Shown here piece by piece: positions 11,041-23,130 of a DNA stretch of 64,000 nt. This DNA comes from Pelagomonas calceolata (lineage: Eukaryota). Under the pieces are notes generated by a model. That model saw only the letters and a list, made by a program, of their open reading frames with translations. It searched no databases and was not told where the DNA came from. Position numbers and translations under genes: made by a program. Position 1 is the stretch's first letter. Each line of letters opens with the position of its first letter. The stretch spans positions 3,596,001-3,660,000 of the forward strand of contig CAKKNE010000006.1 of the NCBI GenBank assembly GCA_918797485.1, in the 5' to 3' direction.

Positions 11041-12525
11041 CTAGTTCGCGAGGACCATGCCCTCGACCTGCGACTGGTTCGCAGCAGCAATCCCCTTGGC
11101 GCGCTCCTCCTCCTTCGCCTTCGCTTCTTCCGGGTGTTCCGCGGCGTGCAAGTCCTGGTGGTAGACGCGCGACGCCTTGAACCACGCGTTCGGGTGATTA
11201 CCCACTCCATCTAAATTGGCCACGACCTTCTTGCCGTTGACGGTCTGCTTCTTGTGCGCGAACTCGAAGTGGCGCTGGCAGGCGATCTGGTAGTTGCGCT
11301 CCTTGGCCTTGCCTAATACTAGTGACTGCTCTCCGGCATCCAATGAAGTCTTCGACAGCACCGCCGCGAGGTGATCCGCGTCGAAGTGGCGGTAGGGGCA
11401 GCCGTGGTACTCGCCCGGGCCCGGCGCCATGTCCATCACTAATTTATAGCAGCCGTACGGCGAGTACTCAGTTCTTTTACCTTCTTTCCCGTAGCGGTGG
11501 CGAATATTATAAGCATACTCCTTGCTGAACTGGTCGTGCGTCATGATCTTCGTGAACTCGGCCTGGAAGAAGCGCAATTGATCTTCCATGGACAACCCAG
11601 CGGCCTTGAGGAAGAGGCCGTACTGCTGGCGGCCCCAGTGCTTTAGTTTATGATCTCTCTTCAACGCGTAGTGCAACTGCTGCATACATAAAGGCATGGA
11701 CTGGTCCGCCAGGGCGTCGATCTGCTCCGGCGTGATGCCCTCTATATCATCATCATCCACATCTTGGCGTTCCAAGTCGTGTTTCTCGACGTTCGTTAAC
11801 AGTGGACCAAGTCTAGGGTCGGCGGCCGCGGCCGCTAGCGAGCCGGAGGCTTTCGCTAGGGAGCGAGAGAGTGACGCTCTGAATCTAGATACGACGATGC
11901 TATGTAATTTCGCTTGAGGAACATAAGCGTAGCCCTTCTCCAAGTATACTTCTCTCCGCCCTATCAAGTCAATGGCTTCCAAGAAGGGCACGCGATAGTA
12001 CGTCGCCGTTTGAGCTGGTACGTTCTCGTAGTTCTTGATCCTCGCCAACGATGTCACGCGAGCGTCTCGTTCGCTGTCGGGCACTTCTTCGAACCTGAGG
12101 CCGTGCTCGCGCAGGAAGCGCGCGAAGCCGTCTCCTCTCAAGCGGCTTAAGCGGTGCCTGAAGAGCGCACATTCTTGCGTGAGGAACCACCTCCGCAGCT
12201 CCTCAGAACGGGAATACGCTAGTCTCAAGATAAAGTGCGAGACCGAGTCTTTCCTCGCGTCCGACGGGGCCTGCGGTCCTGCTGATGCTAATGGCAGGAG
12301 TTCGCGCACGACAGGCGCCAACTCGGCCTCGAGCTCCTTGGGCTTGAAGCCCTTCTGGCGCAGCGCGTCGATTGTCCTCAGTACTTTGAGGCGGTCCACA
12401 GCGAACACCTCGAATTCTTCCAGCGTCATCTCCTCGCGGGGCGGCTTCTCGTAGAGGGAAACGGTGACGCGCTGGGACGGCGCCGCAGAAGCGCGCGCCG
12501 TGCTGCGGCGGTTGCCGACGAGCAT
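11041..12525 (-). CDS. PRIM2: DNA primase large subunit
   Basis: RKDSVSHFILRLAYSRSEELRRWF; Fe-S ligand motifs PLCM, GCYK, HGCPY, QIAC; HPNAWF. Confidence 0.95.
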   Translation of the reverse strand: MLVGNRRSTARASAAPSQRVTVSLYEKPPREEMTLEEFEVFAVDRLKVLRTIDALRQKGFKPKELEAELAPVVRELLPLASAGPQAPSDARKDSVSHFILRLAYSRSEELRRWFLTQECALFRHRLSRLRGDGFARFLREHGLRFEEVPDSERDARVTSLARIKNYENVPAQTATYYRVPFLEAIDLIGRREVYLEKGYAYVPQAKLHSIVVSRFRASLSRSLAKASGSLAAAAADPRLGPLLTNVEKHDLERQDVDDDDIEGITPEQIDALADQSMPLCMQQLHYALKRDHKLKHWGRQQYGLFLKAAGLSMEDQLRFFQAEFTKIMTHDQFSKEYAYNIRHRYGKEGKRTEYSPYGCYKLVMDMAPGPGEYHGCPYRHFDADHLAAVLSKTSLDAGEQSLVLGKAKERNYQIACQRHFEFAHKKQTVNGKKVVANLDGVGNHPNAWFKASRVYHQDLHAAEHPEEAKAKEEERAKGIAAANQSQVEGMVLAN

Positions 12526-12884
12526 GGCTCAGTGCTGCTGTTTTGCCGCGCGGGCGTCTTTTCAAGCGGCCGCGGCGGCAGCGCGCGGTCGTGGCGCTTG
12601 GGAGCACTGCTGCCAGCGCCTGCTCGTCCCAATTTGGCGTCTGCGCCGATTACAGCGTCGGCGCTTTGCGTTTTCAAAATGCGTCTCGCGCGAGGTTGAA
12701 ATCGCGCAGCTGTCCCAACGGCGCGCGATGCGTGGGCGGAAGAGTATTTCAACACGGCTCAGCGGTCCTGATGACGTTTGCGTTCGTGCGGGTTCGAGCA
12801 CTCAGGGTCACAACTTTGGTGCTTGCCTGCGCCCGCATACATGGACTGGGTGTCCCGCTGACCTGGTTTACGACTCATTTGGGC

Positions 12885-14069
12885 ATGGCTGCGAACGCAC
12901 AACGAGCGGTAGCGCTGGACGTGCCGTCCTCGTCCCAGGTGTCCAGCGTCGACGAGGAGGAGTTCGAGGACGCGTCGTCGGACGCGTCGTCCTCCTACGA
13001 GGAGCTGCAGAACCAGGCAGCTGCGCGACGTAATGCCGTGGCCGAGGCATTTGATGTGCTCCTTGCCGTGCGCGCGACGCGCGCGGCCCGATCGAAGGTC
13101 GACGGCGCCGGGACGGGCCCGCCGGTGCGCAAACACCGATTCTTGATCGAACGCACCGGTGCTCTCGACACCGTCACGGTGCTCAAAGTCGTCACCAAGA
13201 CCGGTGAGTTGGTACCGGCGACGTCGCTCTGCGAGTTCGTCCAGCAGGCGGCCGCCGAACAGATAGAGGTCTACCGCGAGTTCCAGCGGCGCGGCCGCAT
13301 ACCGCTTGAGCTGCCTATTGATGCGCCCTACAATGCGGCGGTCGGCACTTTCACGGGCATCGAGAAGGGCCGGCGCAAGTGGGACGCGTACGTGGATTCT
13401 GAACTTCGAGCATTTGAGGATATATACAACGATGAGTATGACAACGACCGCTACGCCTGCGACGGGGTCCCGGGCGACCCGACCGGCCGCTCCCTCTCGT
13501 TCCTCGTGGACACCGCGGCCATCGCCACGCTCGCGGAGCGGCAGGTTTCAGCGGGCGCAACGGAGCTGGCTCTGGGCCAGGCGCTGGCCGACGACGTCCT
13601 GGGTCATGTGCTCCGATTTGTCGGCGCGCTCCCGCGCAACGACGACGAGGCTATCGCGTTCCTCAAGTACCAATGTTCGACCGAGTGCGGTGGCACCGGC
13701 GCGGACGGGACCTACCTCGAGGTCGCCGAGTCGTATACCCCTGACCAGACGCTATACGTGGAAGCGGTCCTCTTCTCGACGCGCGAGGGCGAATTTTCGC
13801 GCCTGGAGCCGCGAGCCGAGCTGCCCACGATCCCGTCGCCCGTCTATGCAACCATGGAGGGGGGAGACGCGCCCTTTCGGGCGAGGCATGCCTTTTCGCG
13901 CGTCATCCGCATCCGAATCGGTCCCGCCGAAGACTATTACACGTTCGCCGCCGCCGGCGCGTCGGAGCCGGTCGTGTCGCTCCCCTCGCACGAGCTGCTG
14001 CGCAAGAACGCGGAGTTCGAGCGGCTGAAGCAGCGCATCCGCGAGCTGATGCCCGGGCTCGCGTGGTGA
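12885..14069 (+). CDS. Hypothetical protein
   Basis: Long ORF with coding-like composition from ATG 12885; no family recognised. Confidence 0.6.
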   Translation: MAANAQRAVALDVPSSSQVSSVDEEEFEDASSDASSSYEELQNQAAARRNAVAEAFDVLLAVRATRAARSKVDGAGTGPPVRKHRFLIERTGALDTVTVLKVVTKTGELVPATSLCEFVQQAAAEQIEVYREFQRRGRIPLELPIDAPYNAAVGTFTGIEKGRRKWDAYVDSELRAFEDIYNDEYDNDRYACDGVPGDPTGRSLSFLVDTAAIATLAERQVSAGATELALGQALADDVLGHVLRFVGALPRNDDEAIAFLKYQCSTECGGTGADGTYLEVAESYTPDQTLYVEAVLFSTREGEFSRLEPRAELPTIPSPVYATMEGGDAPFRARHAFSRVIRIRIGPAEDYYTFAAAGASEPVVSLPSHELLRKNAEFERLKQRIRELMPGLAW

Positions 14070-14125
14070 AAGCCTACGTCGCCGTAGACTGTGCAGTCTG
14101 TGTAAGCCATGTACCACAATTCATG

Positions 14126-15580
14126 TTACGTCGTCAGCGCCGCCGGCGCCGGCGCCACGCCACCGGCGAACGCCGCCCCCCGTCGCTTCGACCGCGTCCG
14201 CCGCGAGACCTCGGACCCCTTTTGGACGTCCACACAAACCACCAACCCGACGCACGCTATAGCATGAAACACACAGACGAGGGCCATACCGAGCCGCATG
14301 GAACCAGTGCCCTGATAAGTAGCCCCGAACAAGAGCGAAGGCATCCAGCTTAATGAAGCACCGAAGAAGTTGTAGATGCCCAGAACGCGCCCCTCCATGC
14401 CGCCCGGGACTAGAACACTGAAAACGTTCCGTTGTGCTGGGTAGAGAAACCCCAGTCCCAAACCAAGTAAAACAGCGAAGACCCACGGTAATCCACCTTT
14501 GGCGTGCGCCGGCTTGTAGATTACGAATGGAACGCAGAAGATCACCAGCGATAAGAATGCTAAACAACCAGCGTGCGCTCGTTTCGCCCGTCCCCCTTGC
14601 GCCGCTTTCGACGACAGAGCCGCGCCAGGCACCGTGAAGACAATCGCACACACTAATACTACAACATAGTTGCACATCTCGAGCTGCTCTATGAGATAAA
14701 TAGCCACCAGGCCGACGACACCTCCCGTGCCCGCCTCGGAGAACGCGTAGGACACGAGGAACTTCAGTAAGTCCGGGGCCTCCTCGTAGAGTTCTTTGGT
14801 GGTTTCTCGTATATTGACGAAGCCATATAACAACAAGTTTGCGTTTTCGGGTAAGACGCGACTTGCTGGTCTCTCGGTGAAGTACCGCCAGCTCATCAAT
14901 GTGATGACGCCACCTACTACCGCTGATACAAGGGCAGCCACTCGCCCCGTGTCGACGGCGTCCAATTTCAGGACAAGTTGCGAAGCGGCCACGACGATCA
15001 TATACAATAACATGCAGGACATCTCCTTGACGCGCGCGCGCCCGTTGATTGATGCTAGTATATCATCATCTTCCGTCAATTCCGGTAAGTAGGCCATGGC
15101 GCAGGTCTGGTTCGCCATGTAGCCTAGCATGTATATTGTAAAGTATAGTATCAGTAAAACCTGCCACGTGTGCCTCGTCACGGCGGCCTGCAAGCCGCAA
15201 ACCAACCAAGCACCGAACAAACCAGCCATACCAATACTTTTCCTATGATGCGAATGGTCCACGACGCTCCCGACGACGGGCATCAGGCAGGCGATCGTCA
15301 CTTGCCCAATGGTGAGGCCGAACGACACCAAGGCCGCGGGCCGCGCGCCCCAGACCTTGCCGCAGTTTTGTGAGGGGGTTGGTACTGGTGTCGGGTCTCT
15401 ATTATTGTCCTCTTCATCGATACATACGGCGTTCGGGCAGCCCGCGGCTTTGTTCGCTAAATATAGATACGTGCCCAGGAGAAATAAAGCAGCATTAAAT
15501 AAAACGCCGCGCCCGACTTGATTGAGGACGAAGCCCGTCACGTCGGGGTTGCCTCTGTTGCAATTCATTGTTTTGAGCAT
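14126..15580 (-). CDS. MFS transporter, Atg22/UMF1-like
   Basis: About 12 hydrophobic helices; PVVGSVVDHSHHRK, AYLPEL, LVPGGMEGRVLGIYNF. Confidence 0.8.
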   Translation of the reverse strand: MLKTMNCNRGNPDVTGFVLNQVGRGVLFNAALFLLGTYLYLANKAAGCPNAVCIDEEDNNRDPTPVPTPSQNCGKVWGARPAALVSFGLTIGQVTIACLMPVVGSVVDHSHHRKSIGMAGLFGAWLVCGLQAAVTRHTWQVLLILYFTIYMLGYMANQTCAMAYLPELTEDDDILASINGRARVKEMSCMLLYMIVVAASQLVLKLDAVDTGRVAALVSAVVGGVITLMSWRYFTERPASRVLPENANLLLYGFVNIRETTKELYEEAPDLLKFLVSYAFSEAGTGGVVGLVAIYLIEQLEMCNYVVVLVCAIVFTVPGAALSSKAAQGGRAKRAHAGCLAFLSLVIFCVPFVIYKPAHAKGGLPWVFAVLLGLGLGFLYPAQRNVFSVLVPGGMEGRVLGIYNFFGASLSWMPSLLFGATYQGTGSMRLGMALVCVFHAIACVGLVVCVDVQKGSEVSRRTRSKRRGAAFAGGVAPAPAALTT

Positions 15581-15975
15581 GGTGCTCAGGTGCTGTGCGC
15601 GGCAGCCCCGGGCCGCAGCGTTGCTGCCTGGGGCTCGGGAGGCTCCGAACCACTCGGAACAGGCGCGAACTGGCACGCAGGGCACTGTAATGGCTGCCCA
15701 AAAGCAAGCTTGCTGCTGGCTTTCTAGTGTCTTACTTGCCGCTAGCGCACGCCATTACCCCAAAGCCAAAAGAGCTTCGCTGGTGGCTCATTGGGACTGA
15801 TTCTGGTGCGAAGAATATTGCTTTTAACTGCTTACAGCGCACGGCGACGCACGCTGCGTTCCATTGTGTTCCCGCACACCTAGAGCCACTGCTGCAGCAT
15901 CGCTCCTTGCCGCCGCACGCGCACGTATACGCGTGGAGAAAAAACGCCAGCGCCGGACGCGACCGACGCGGCAGG

Positions 15976-16686
15976 ATGGCATCGCACGTCGACGACGACG
16001 ACGACGACGCGTGGTCCGGCAGCGGCTGCGAGGCCGCCGACGAGGAGCCGAAGGTCGCGGCCCTCACCGACCCCTCGAAGCTCTTCGCGACGGCTGCAGA
16101 AGCTCTCGATTTCGACAAAGCGCAAGGCTTCGACCTGCGTGCCTGTAAAGTCACGGATTTCTACGGCGCGGTGAAGCTCGTGAACTTCGTACGAAAAGCA
16201 GTGGCGGACGGCGTCCAGGCGAGCGAACTCCAGGCGATCTGTGCGTCGGTGATCGAGCTCGACGACGACCATTTGAAGCCCGTGCTCGAGAACGATGAAT
16301 TATTATCGAGGCTCGAGGAGGTCTTCGACCTGAAAGAGGACTCTGATTCCGCGGCGACGGGTAGCTAGCAGCGTGACTGGGGGGTTACTTCATGAGGTTG
16401 ATGCACAGGTCCCCCCCAGCTCTGCCAGCGCTGCCACCAGAAGTTCACGACAAACACGGCGACGGCGTGCCGCTACCACCCCGAGTCCTTCAGTGGGGAG
16501 GACAGCCAGCGCTGGACGCCCGCGGGCGACAAGCCGCCGGAGGGCAAGAGCACGGTGCACTACTTCTACTCGTGCTGTGGCGCAGCCGACGTGAACGCCC
16601 CCGGGTGTGTCGTCGGGAGGCATCTCGGGTTCGGCGAGGAGGACGACTGGGGCCGGAAACCCGATGACAGACCTCCTAGTCCATAA
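15976..16686 (+). CDS. PRMT3 N-terminal-like domain fused to a Cys/His zinc-binding domain; join(15976..16360,16409..16686)
   Basis: GFDL...DFYGAVKLVNFVR, HLKPVLENDELL; 48-nt GT-AG intron containing TAG; exon 2 (absent from the ORF track) CQRC...CRYHPESF...YSCCG...GC...H. Confidence 0.7.
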
Positions 16687-16692
16687 AAATTA

Positions 16693-17751
16693 TTACATGT
16701 CTCGCTCGACGATCGTCTCCGTGGCCGTGCACAGGAAGCGGATCGACCCGACCAATAGTTCGTCGTTCGACGATAGGGGCACGCGCTCCTCTCGCAAACG
16801 GACCCACGTGCCGTTTGTGGAAGACGCGTCCCTCAGCACGAAGCCCCCTTTCCCAACATCGTAAGTGATCGTGGCGTGCTCGTTCGATACAGAGGAATCA
16901 ACACCCACTGGCGTCCCATCAACGTCCCGCGAGAACGCGATCACGTGCGACGCCTTCCTACCCAGAGTGGCGCCAGCTGTCCCGACATCGAAGACCTGAT
17001 GCTGTAGGGGCGAGCCCTCGGGCTGGACGCATTGCAATTCCAAATGCGGCGGGTTCGATTCCACAGAGACGACGCGCAACTGGTGCTTGCCCACGAGGAA
17101 GACCTCTCCGGTTCGCAAAGCATGCTCCGCGCGTAGTCGCGTGAAGGTGCCCGACGCGCTCTTCAGATCGCTCACGTAAAACCCGTCGCCTTGCCTGGAA
17201 ATCTCGAAATGCCGTCGACTCACTGTCGCGTCCCCAAACGCCATGAACAGTGTCGTGTCGTCGTCGCCCCGCCGTCGACCCCCAATACATCCTTCGGACC
17301 GCACCTCGAAGGTCCGCCCGTGCCACTCGGATTCGGCAGGGCCCAGACATTTTAAGAGAAGTACAGGTTCTTTTTCGATGCACGCGTGCCGCTCAATTTT
17401 TTCTTCACATTTCTCGTACAACCCGGCGCCGCCCTCCCGCACCAGGTCGTCCACGAGTCTCTTGAGGTTGTGATTCGGCACCAAGGCATTCGATGAAAGC
17501 ACCTCGCCGCTCTTGGGCGACGTGTCGTGCGTGAGTAACCAGGTCTCGATGGCCTGCCGATCGTAGGTGTGGCCGTCACTTGCAATGACCGGCTGGCGCA
17601 TGAGCTGCCTCGTTATCGGACAGGTAAATTCATCTCGGAGCATCTGGTGCGCGCCCAATGGTACCACAATTGGCCGCTGCGTCTCGGGGGGGCTCGATTT
17701 GGGCTCCATTGTGTCTCGTCCGTCGTCGGCGTCGCGCGGCGTGTCGGCCAT
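16693..17751 (-). CDS. U-box E3 ligase with two FHA domains
   Basis: EFTCPITRQLMRQPVIASDGHTYDRQAIETWL...LVPNHNLK; GR...VSRRH...SASGTF and GR...VSNEH...STNGTW. Confidence 0.9.
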   Translation of the reverse strand: MADTPRDADDGRDTMEPKSSPPETQRPIVVPLGAHQMLRDEFTCPITRQLMRQPVIASDGHTYDRQAIETWLLTHDTSPKSGEVLSSNALVPNHNLKRLVDDLVREGGAGLYEKCEEKIERHACIEKEPVLLLKCLGPAESEWHGRTFEVRSEGCIGGRRRGDDDTTLFMAFGDATVSRRHFEISRQGDGFYVSDLKSASGTFTRLRAEHALRTGEVFLVGKHQLRVVSVESNPPHLELQCVQPEGSPLQHQVFDVGTAGATLGRKASHVIAFSRDVDGTPVGVDSSVSNEHATITYDVGKGGFVLRDASSTNGTWVRLREERVPLSSNDELLVGSIRFLCTATETIVERDM

Positions 17752-18151
17752 GGTTACAAACGATTTGTGCGGCTTGCAATGGCTCCCGCAGTCTTTTTAC
17801 CAGTAGGTCCTTATTTCGAACTTTGAGCCTCTGCGGCGCCGAAGGAATGGCTTCGCTGGACTGGAGTACTGCAGACAAGTCCTGCGTAAATTCAGGAGTG
17901 CGTAGGAGAGGCTGTCGCAGCGATCAAGCAGCCAAAGTGCGGCTGGCTTGCTAGTGTCTTACAGCACTAGCCCTTGCTCGGCAGCAAAAGTATACTACCC
18001 TCACGCCACCGGCCACAGGAAGCGCAGACCCGCAATCGATAAATAAATTGACGCGGCAGCCCTGCCGCAGCGTTTCGAAGAGTACTCCGCGCAGCCAGGA
18101 GCTTGGGCTGTCCCAATCTAAGCCCTAGCGCTAGGCGCAGCGCGAGGCGCG

Positions 18152-19778
18152 ATGGGCAAGATCGTCGCCGCGCTCACGGCCGTGGCCGCGGCATTCTCGC
18201 CGGCCGTGGCGGACGTGGCGAAGCTGCATCAGAGCAACTCGATTCATCATCCTGATTTCAAGACCAACGGGAGGCAGCGGCCATTGAGGGAGAAGCTCGA
18301 AAGATATTACGGGAAAGGAGGCTTCAGATACGACACGGAGCTCGTCGAGAAGGTCGATGCTTGTATGGACTGGTGCAAGCGGCTCCTCGGCCTGATCACC
18401 TACGACAAGGTCGTGTCTGTAGCGAAGAACAATTGGAACATCACGGACCGCCAGGCGCACAGCGGCTTGGGCGCGGCCGCGCGGTCGTCGGCCTTCGGCG
18501 GCTTTAGGACCTCCCACCACATCGCACGCGGCGCCACTGTCGAAGCGCCGCACTACGCTGAGGCCGCGGAGGTCAACGACCTCATCAACAAGATCCAGGC
18601 CAAGGGCGGCTTCGAGGAGTACGGGGACTCCGTCGAGTTTTTACTCTTAGCGTGCAGCATCTACATGGTCAAGGGCACGGGCGCCGAGCACGACAAGATC
18701 ATGTCGGCCGCCGGTCACAACGCTCGCTGCATGTACGCGCACTTCGGCGTGCAGGTCCGGGCCGGAAATTTCGCGTCGTCGAAGGCCGAGCTCGTCGATT
18801 TTCGGGAGGACCGCGGCGAGATCGACGCCGAGGTCAAGCGCGAGTTCCGGGAGCGCACGGCGGGCGGCAAGACGGCCCACGTCTTCGCGATGGCAATGAC
18901 GGGCGCCGAGGAGCTGGAGGAGGGCCACGCCGACCGCGACAAGCGCTGCGTCGGGCGGCTCAACGCGACGGTCGCTGCGGTGGACGCCGAGGTGCTGCGT
19001 GTCTCGGGCGACAAGGCGGACCGCTTCGTCGAGTACCCCTTCCACCGCTGGTTTTTAGTAGTGCTGACGCTGCACCTGGGCCTCGTTTTGCCGGTCGAGA
19101 CGGCCGTGTGCGAACTGGCGCTCTGGGCGTGAGACTCGGTGTCCTCGAAGCTTCAATGACGACCTCTGCTCCACGCCATCGACGCTGGTTGACCTACAGA
19201 TTTATGCACACAGGTGGGGCCGCAGCTTCCACTACGATCTGACAAACCACTTAGGTTTCAAGAAGGCGGCCGAAGAGCCGCCGCCCAAGAAGAAGGCGCG
19301 CACCGCGCCCGCGCCCGCGCCGGACGTGACGTTCGTGCCGTCGGAAGAGGACGTCGGTTATGTTCCCGGCGCCGTCTTCAAGGAGGGCGCCCAAGGCAAG
19401 GGCTACTACAAGGACCCTGGTACGTTGTCCGAGTCGAGATCGCGCTGCCGAAACTCACCCGTCGACGTCTGCGCAGGTGCTGATGACGACAGCGACTCGT
19501 CCGAGGACGACGACGACGGGGACCGGTACGTGACTTGGATGGGGTGCACGCTCGTGTACATCTTCCTCACGGCGGCCCTCTACGACAAGCTCTCCAAAAA
19601 ATTATTAGCGCCGCACTACTCGCTCAACCTCTGCGACCGGGAGGTGTACCGTCTCATCGAGGAGGCGGCGCAGTCCGGGGAGTGCAAGGTCGTCGGCGAC
19701 AAGGAGTACCTGAAAGACTACCTCAAGAGCAAGGACTCCTTCCATTGCACGAAGACGTGGCGAGGCGGGTCCGCGTAG
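18152..19778 (+). CDS. Hypothetical protein; join(18152..19128,19214..19419,19477..19778)
   Basis: GT-AG intron 19129-19213 restores frame (LWAWGR); likely second in-frame intron 19420-19476 (GTACGT donor, CTCAC branch-like site, GCAG). Confidence 0.6.
19129..19213 (+). mobile_element. Degenerate introner-like intron, 85 nt
   Basis: Contains ccacgccatcgacgc core and ends cacacag; weak TSD gtgagact / gtggggcc. Confidence 0.5.
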
Positions 19779-20848
19779 GCGTTGCGAGACGGGTCCGGGT
19801 AGGCGATATAATGATGTTGATATATAGCCTATAGCCACGCGACGGGTCGGGCTAGTCGACTTGGCCGCCTGGGCCTTATCGCGAGGTTGCGAAGGGGCGC
19901 TTTCGGCGACCCGTTCCGGGGCGCGGCACGCGGGCTGCGCGCGAAGCCCGCGCTGGGGGACGCCCAAGCTTACGACGGCTTGATCGCCGGTGGCCGGGCC
20001 GCCATTTGGCGGATAGACCCGGGCAACACTCTGGAAGGGAGACCCTTCCACACAACGACAATACACGAATCACACGAACGTCACACATGTTTACCAAGCA
20101 CAAAATCTCGCGGCGCCCGCGGCATCCTGTCAGTGGCGGCCTCGAAGCGCGTCGCGGTCCTCAGGGACGCCGCGTCCACAATTGTGCCATCGGCAGTTGA
20201 GGCAGCGCGGCGATGGCGTGATCGGTGGGTGCGGAACTAATGACATCAATCGTCGACTCGCGGCGTCGTCGTCTGCCGGAAGCGCCGCGTTGGCCCAGGC
20301 AGTAGTGGGATGATGGGCAGCCCCACCGTCCTACCCCTCCCGCGCGATAGGCTGGGGCGTCCCGTCACGCTGGAATACGTTGCGGACGTCCGACGAGCTG
20401 CCGCGGTCGCGTTAGCTCGCGGACGGCGGACGGGGCCGCGCCGCAGAGCAAATCAGCTCGGAGAGCAAGCTTTTGGCACACCCAGAGCGTCCGATGTACG
20501 TGTCCAAATCTCTGCTTGAGACCTTGGAAGGGCCTCTACGCACGCACCGGAGGACAGCTCGACTCTCGATTTGGCTGGTGCATTTTTGGCCTGGCAGCGC
20601 GGCGCAAGTTGCTCTGTATCGCGCGCACACCGAGCCGCTGGGCACGTGGGTTGGCGTGACAGCGCGAACCGTCCATCTTGCCGCATAGCTGCCGAAAGAA
20701 GCAGCGGTCGGCGCGCCCCTCGCGGCAAACGGCCTTAACATCCCTGCTGCGCCGCGCCGCATTATCGGCCACGCCGTGAGCTCCGGAGCCTCGGTAGCGC
20801 GCCGAGCGAGTGCGCCTATACTGTCTTGCACTCGCCAGCGTTGAGCTC

Positions 20849-21637
20849 ATGGCGGAAATCATCGACGCCGACATGACGCCCGCCGCGGACTTGCGGCAGC
20901 AGAAGCGCAGCTTTGCAAAAGACATCACCAACAAAGATACGACGACGAGCTCGCGCAAGAAGTCGAAGCCGGAGTCCCCGCCGGAGGAGTTCGTGGGCGG
21001 CTGGTCCACGGAGGACCTCAGCAGTTCGGAGCCTCATAGCGATGCAACCGAAGAATCAGAAGTGGCGCGGCGCACTTATGGTATGAAGGCGGTCGTCCAG
21101 CGCCGACACGCGCCCCAGATCTCAAAGGACACCAATTACTACGAGCACGTCGAGCCGAACGCGGCCAAGGCGGCGAAAGCTAGACAGAGCGGCGAGGGAC
21201 TACTGACGTTTGTGCTGACGTCCGAGCAGCCCCTCGAGGATATGCCCATCGACGGCGGAATTTCTCACACGAGCCACGTGCCCGAGATCTCGTCGGACGT
21301 CGTGGGCGTCCACGAAGCACGTTCTGCCGGTGCCAAAAACAGTAACGAGGTGCAATCACGAAAGAAGCAGGGTCGAGGGAAGGGGACGAAAGGTCCTAAA
21401 TTGAAAGGAGTGACGCGGTCGCCCCCGTTCACCGTGTGGTTCGGCGACGAACTCGTGGGCAAGTACGAGGGCGGGTGGCAATCTGCTCTGCCCGATATTA
21501 AGCGAAAGCGTCCGGGCGAGTACATGACTCAAAACTTGCTCTCGTGCTTGCTCAACATCAAGAGGGCAAAAATACTCAAAGATTACCCAAAAGTCAAGAA
21601 GGAGTACGAGGTTACGAAATTCACCGCCAAGTACTAG
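20849..21637 (+). CDS. Hypothetical basic protein
   Basis: ORF from ATG 20849; Lys-rich stretches; no family recognised. Confidence 0.5.
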   Translation: MAEIIDADMTPAADLRQQKRSFAKDITNKDTTTSSRKKSKPESPPEEFVGGWSTEDLSSSEPHSDATEESEVARRTYGMKAVVQRRHAPQISKDTNYYEHVEPNAAKAAKARQSGEGLLTFVLTSEQPLEDMPIDGGISHTSHVPEISSDVVGVHEARSAGAKNSNEVQSRKKQGRGKGTKGPKLKGVTRSPPFTVWFGDELVGKYEGGWQSALPDIKRKRPGEYMTQNLLSCLLNIKRAKILKDYPKVKKEYEVTKFTAKY

Positions 21638-21730
21638 TGTCCAGATTAGCAAGAGTAACAATGCTGCTAGGAAGGCTACGGGTGTCGCGCCGGCGGGCGC
21701 AGGTCTAGTCTGTCTTAACAACAATCAAAA

Positions 21731-22772
21731 TTAGTCGATCCACGCGTACGCGCTCTCGGGCGGCTGATTCATCCGATCAAACTCCTCGAAGAGCTCGTCC
21801 TCGAAGTCGGACGCCTCCTTGATGCCCTTTTCCAACTCCTCGAGGGCCGTCCGCGCCACGTCACCGATCGCGACGTCGTTCGTGGCGATGGCCTGTGTGG
21901 AAATAAATCGTGTCCGCACTGAGCGGTGAGGAACCGGCACCGCCACGCTATCGAGCAAATTTGATTTCCACACAGGCAATAGCTCTAGAGAACCAGTACC
22001 GCGCCACGTCGTAGTCGACGGGCGTCCCCTGGCCGTACATCGTCATCCGCCCCAGGTTAAAGCAGGACCCGCCGTGGTTCCGCGCCGCGCCTTTTTGGAA
22101 AAGCGTCAACGCCCGCGGCAGGTCCTGCGGCGTGCCCGGCCGGTCCCCGTAGGCGTGCATCAGCGCTAAATGATATTCGGCCATGGCGTGGCCATTACTA
22201 GCCGCCGTCTCGTACAAAGCTCGTGCTTTTCTTGTGTCCCTCTCCAGCCCTAGACCATATTCGTGCATGACCCCGAGCCAGTGCAACGCATCGTAACTTT
22301 CCTGCTGGGCCGCTTCGGTCAGCCACTTCTTGGCTCCATCGAAATCCACGTCGCACCCCGAACCCTGCAAGAGCGACTGGCCGAGGAGCCACATCCCATC
22401 AGCATGATTGCGCCGCGCCGCCTCGCGGAACCAAGCTAACGCGCTCTTCTCGTCCTTGGCGATGCCGTGGCCCGCTCTTGTTAATGTCCCGAGCGCGACC
22501 ATGGCGCCGGCGTGGCCCTGTTCGGCTGCTCTGCGGAAATGAATTAGCGCTTGCTTCGGCGATTCGCTGACACCCCCCTTCCCGTACAAATGCAACAGAG
22601 CAGCAAAATACAAGTTGTCGGGCCGGCCATCGTTCGCATCTTGCAGCATGCGCGCGCCGTGGGCCTCGTCGACCTCTTGTGATCTCGTGAGTCCGACATC
22701 TCGGCCGATGGCGTCGATGAGGCCTCCTTTGGCTGTTGTGGCCGTGGCGAGGAGCAGGGCGACGAGCATCAT
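21731..22772 (-). CDS. Secreted/ER Sel1-repeat protein; complement join(21731..21892,21984..22772)
   Basis: Signal peptide; repeated A..WF..AA..GH..A...LG.....G.G units; GC-AG intron restores FSRAIATND. Confidence 0.88.
21893..21983 (-). mobile_element. Introner family A, 91 nt, GC-AG
   Basis: TSD gctattgc / gccatcgc; inverted ends ctgtgtggaaat...atttccacacag. Confidence 0.9.
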
Positions 22773-23130
22773 TGCGGTCGCCGCAGCATCGTTGCGTCGA
22801 GCGCTGGGCAGCCCATTTGTACCATTGTGTGGTAGACAGACATACTAGAATTCAAACGCACGCGGTCAAAGCGGTCCCACCGGCTCACGTACGTGTCCAG
22901 CGCACGCCGTCACGCCTCGGACGCGTGGTTTCGCTCTCGCCTTGGGCCTCTCATTGGGCTGTTCACCGGCTGGCATTGCGGCCTTGCAATTCGTCGCGCC
23001 GTCGTGCACCTTGCTCCTTGCGCCACAGGAATCCTCGCAGCGACTTGCTTAAGCCTCTGCGCAAGCTTCGAGTGAGTAATTGTGCGCGCCGCGCTCGCAC
23101 AGCCTTGTGCACCCAGCACCAAAAAAAAGT

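Noticed and set aside
19779..20848. Possible gene in the ~1 kb gap
   Set aside because: Only short ORFs with mostly non-ATG starts and no recognisable domain; a degraded gene cannot be excluded
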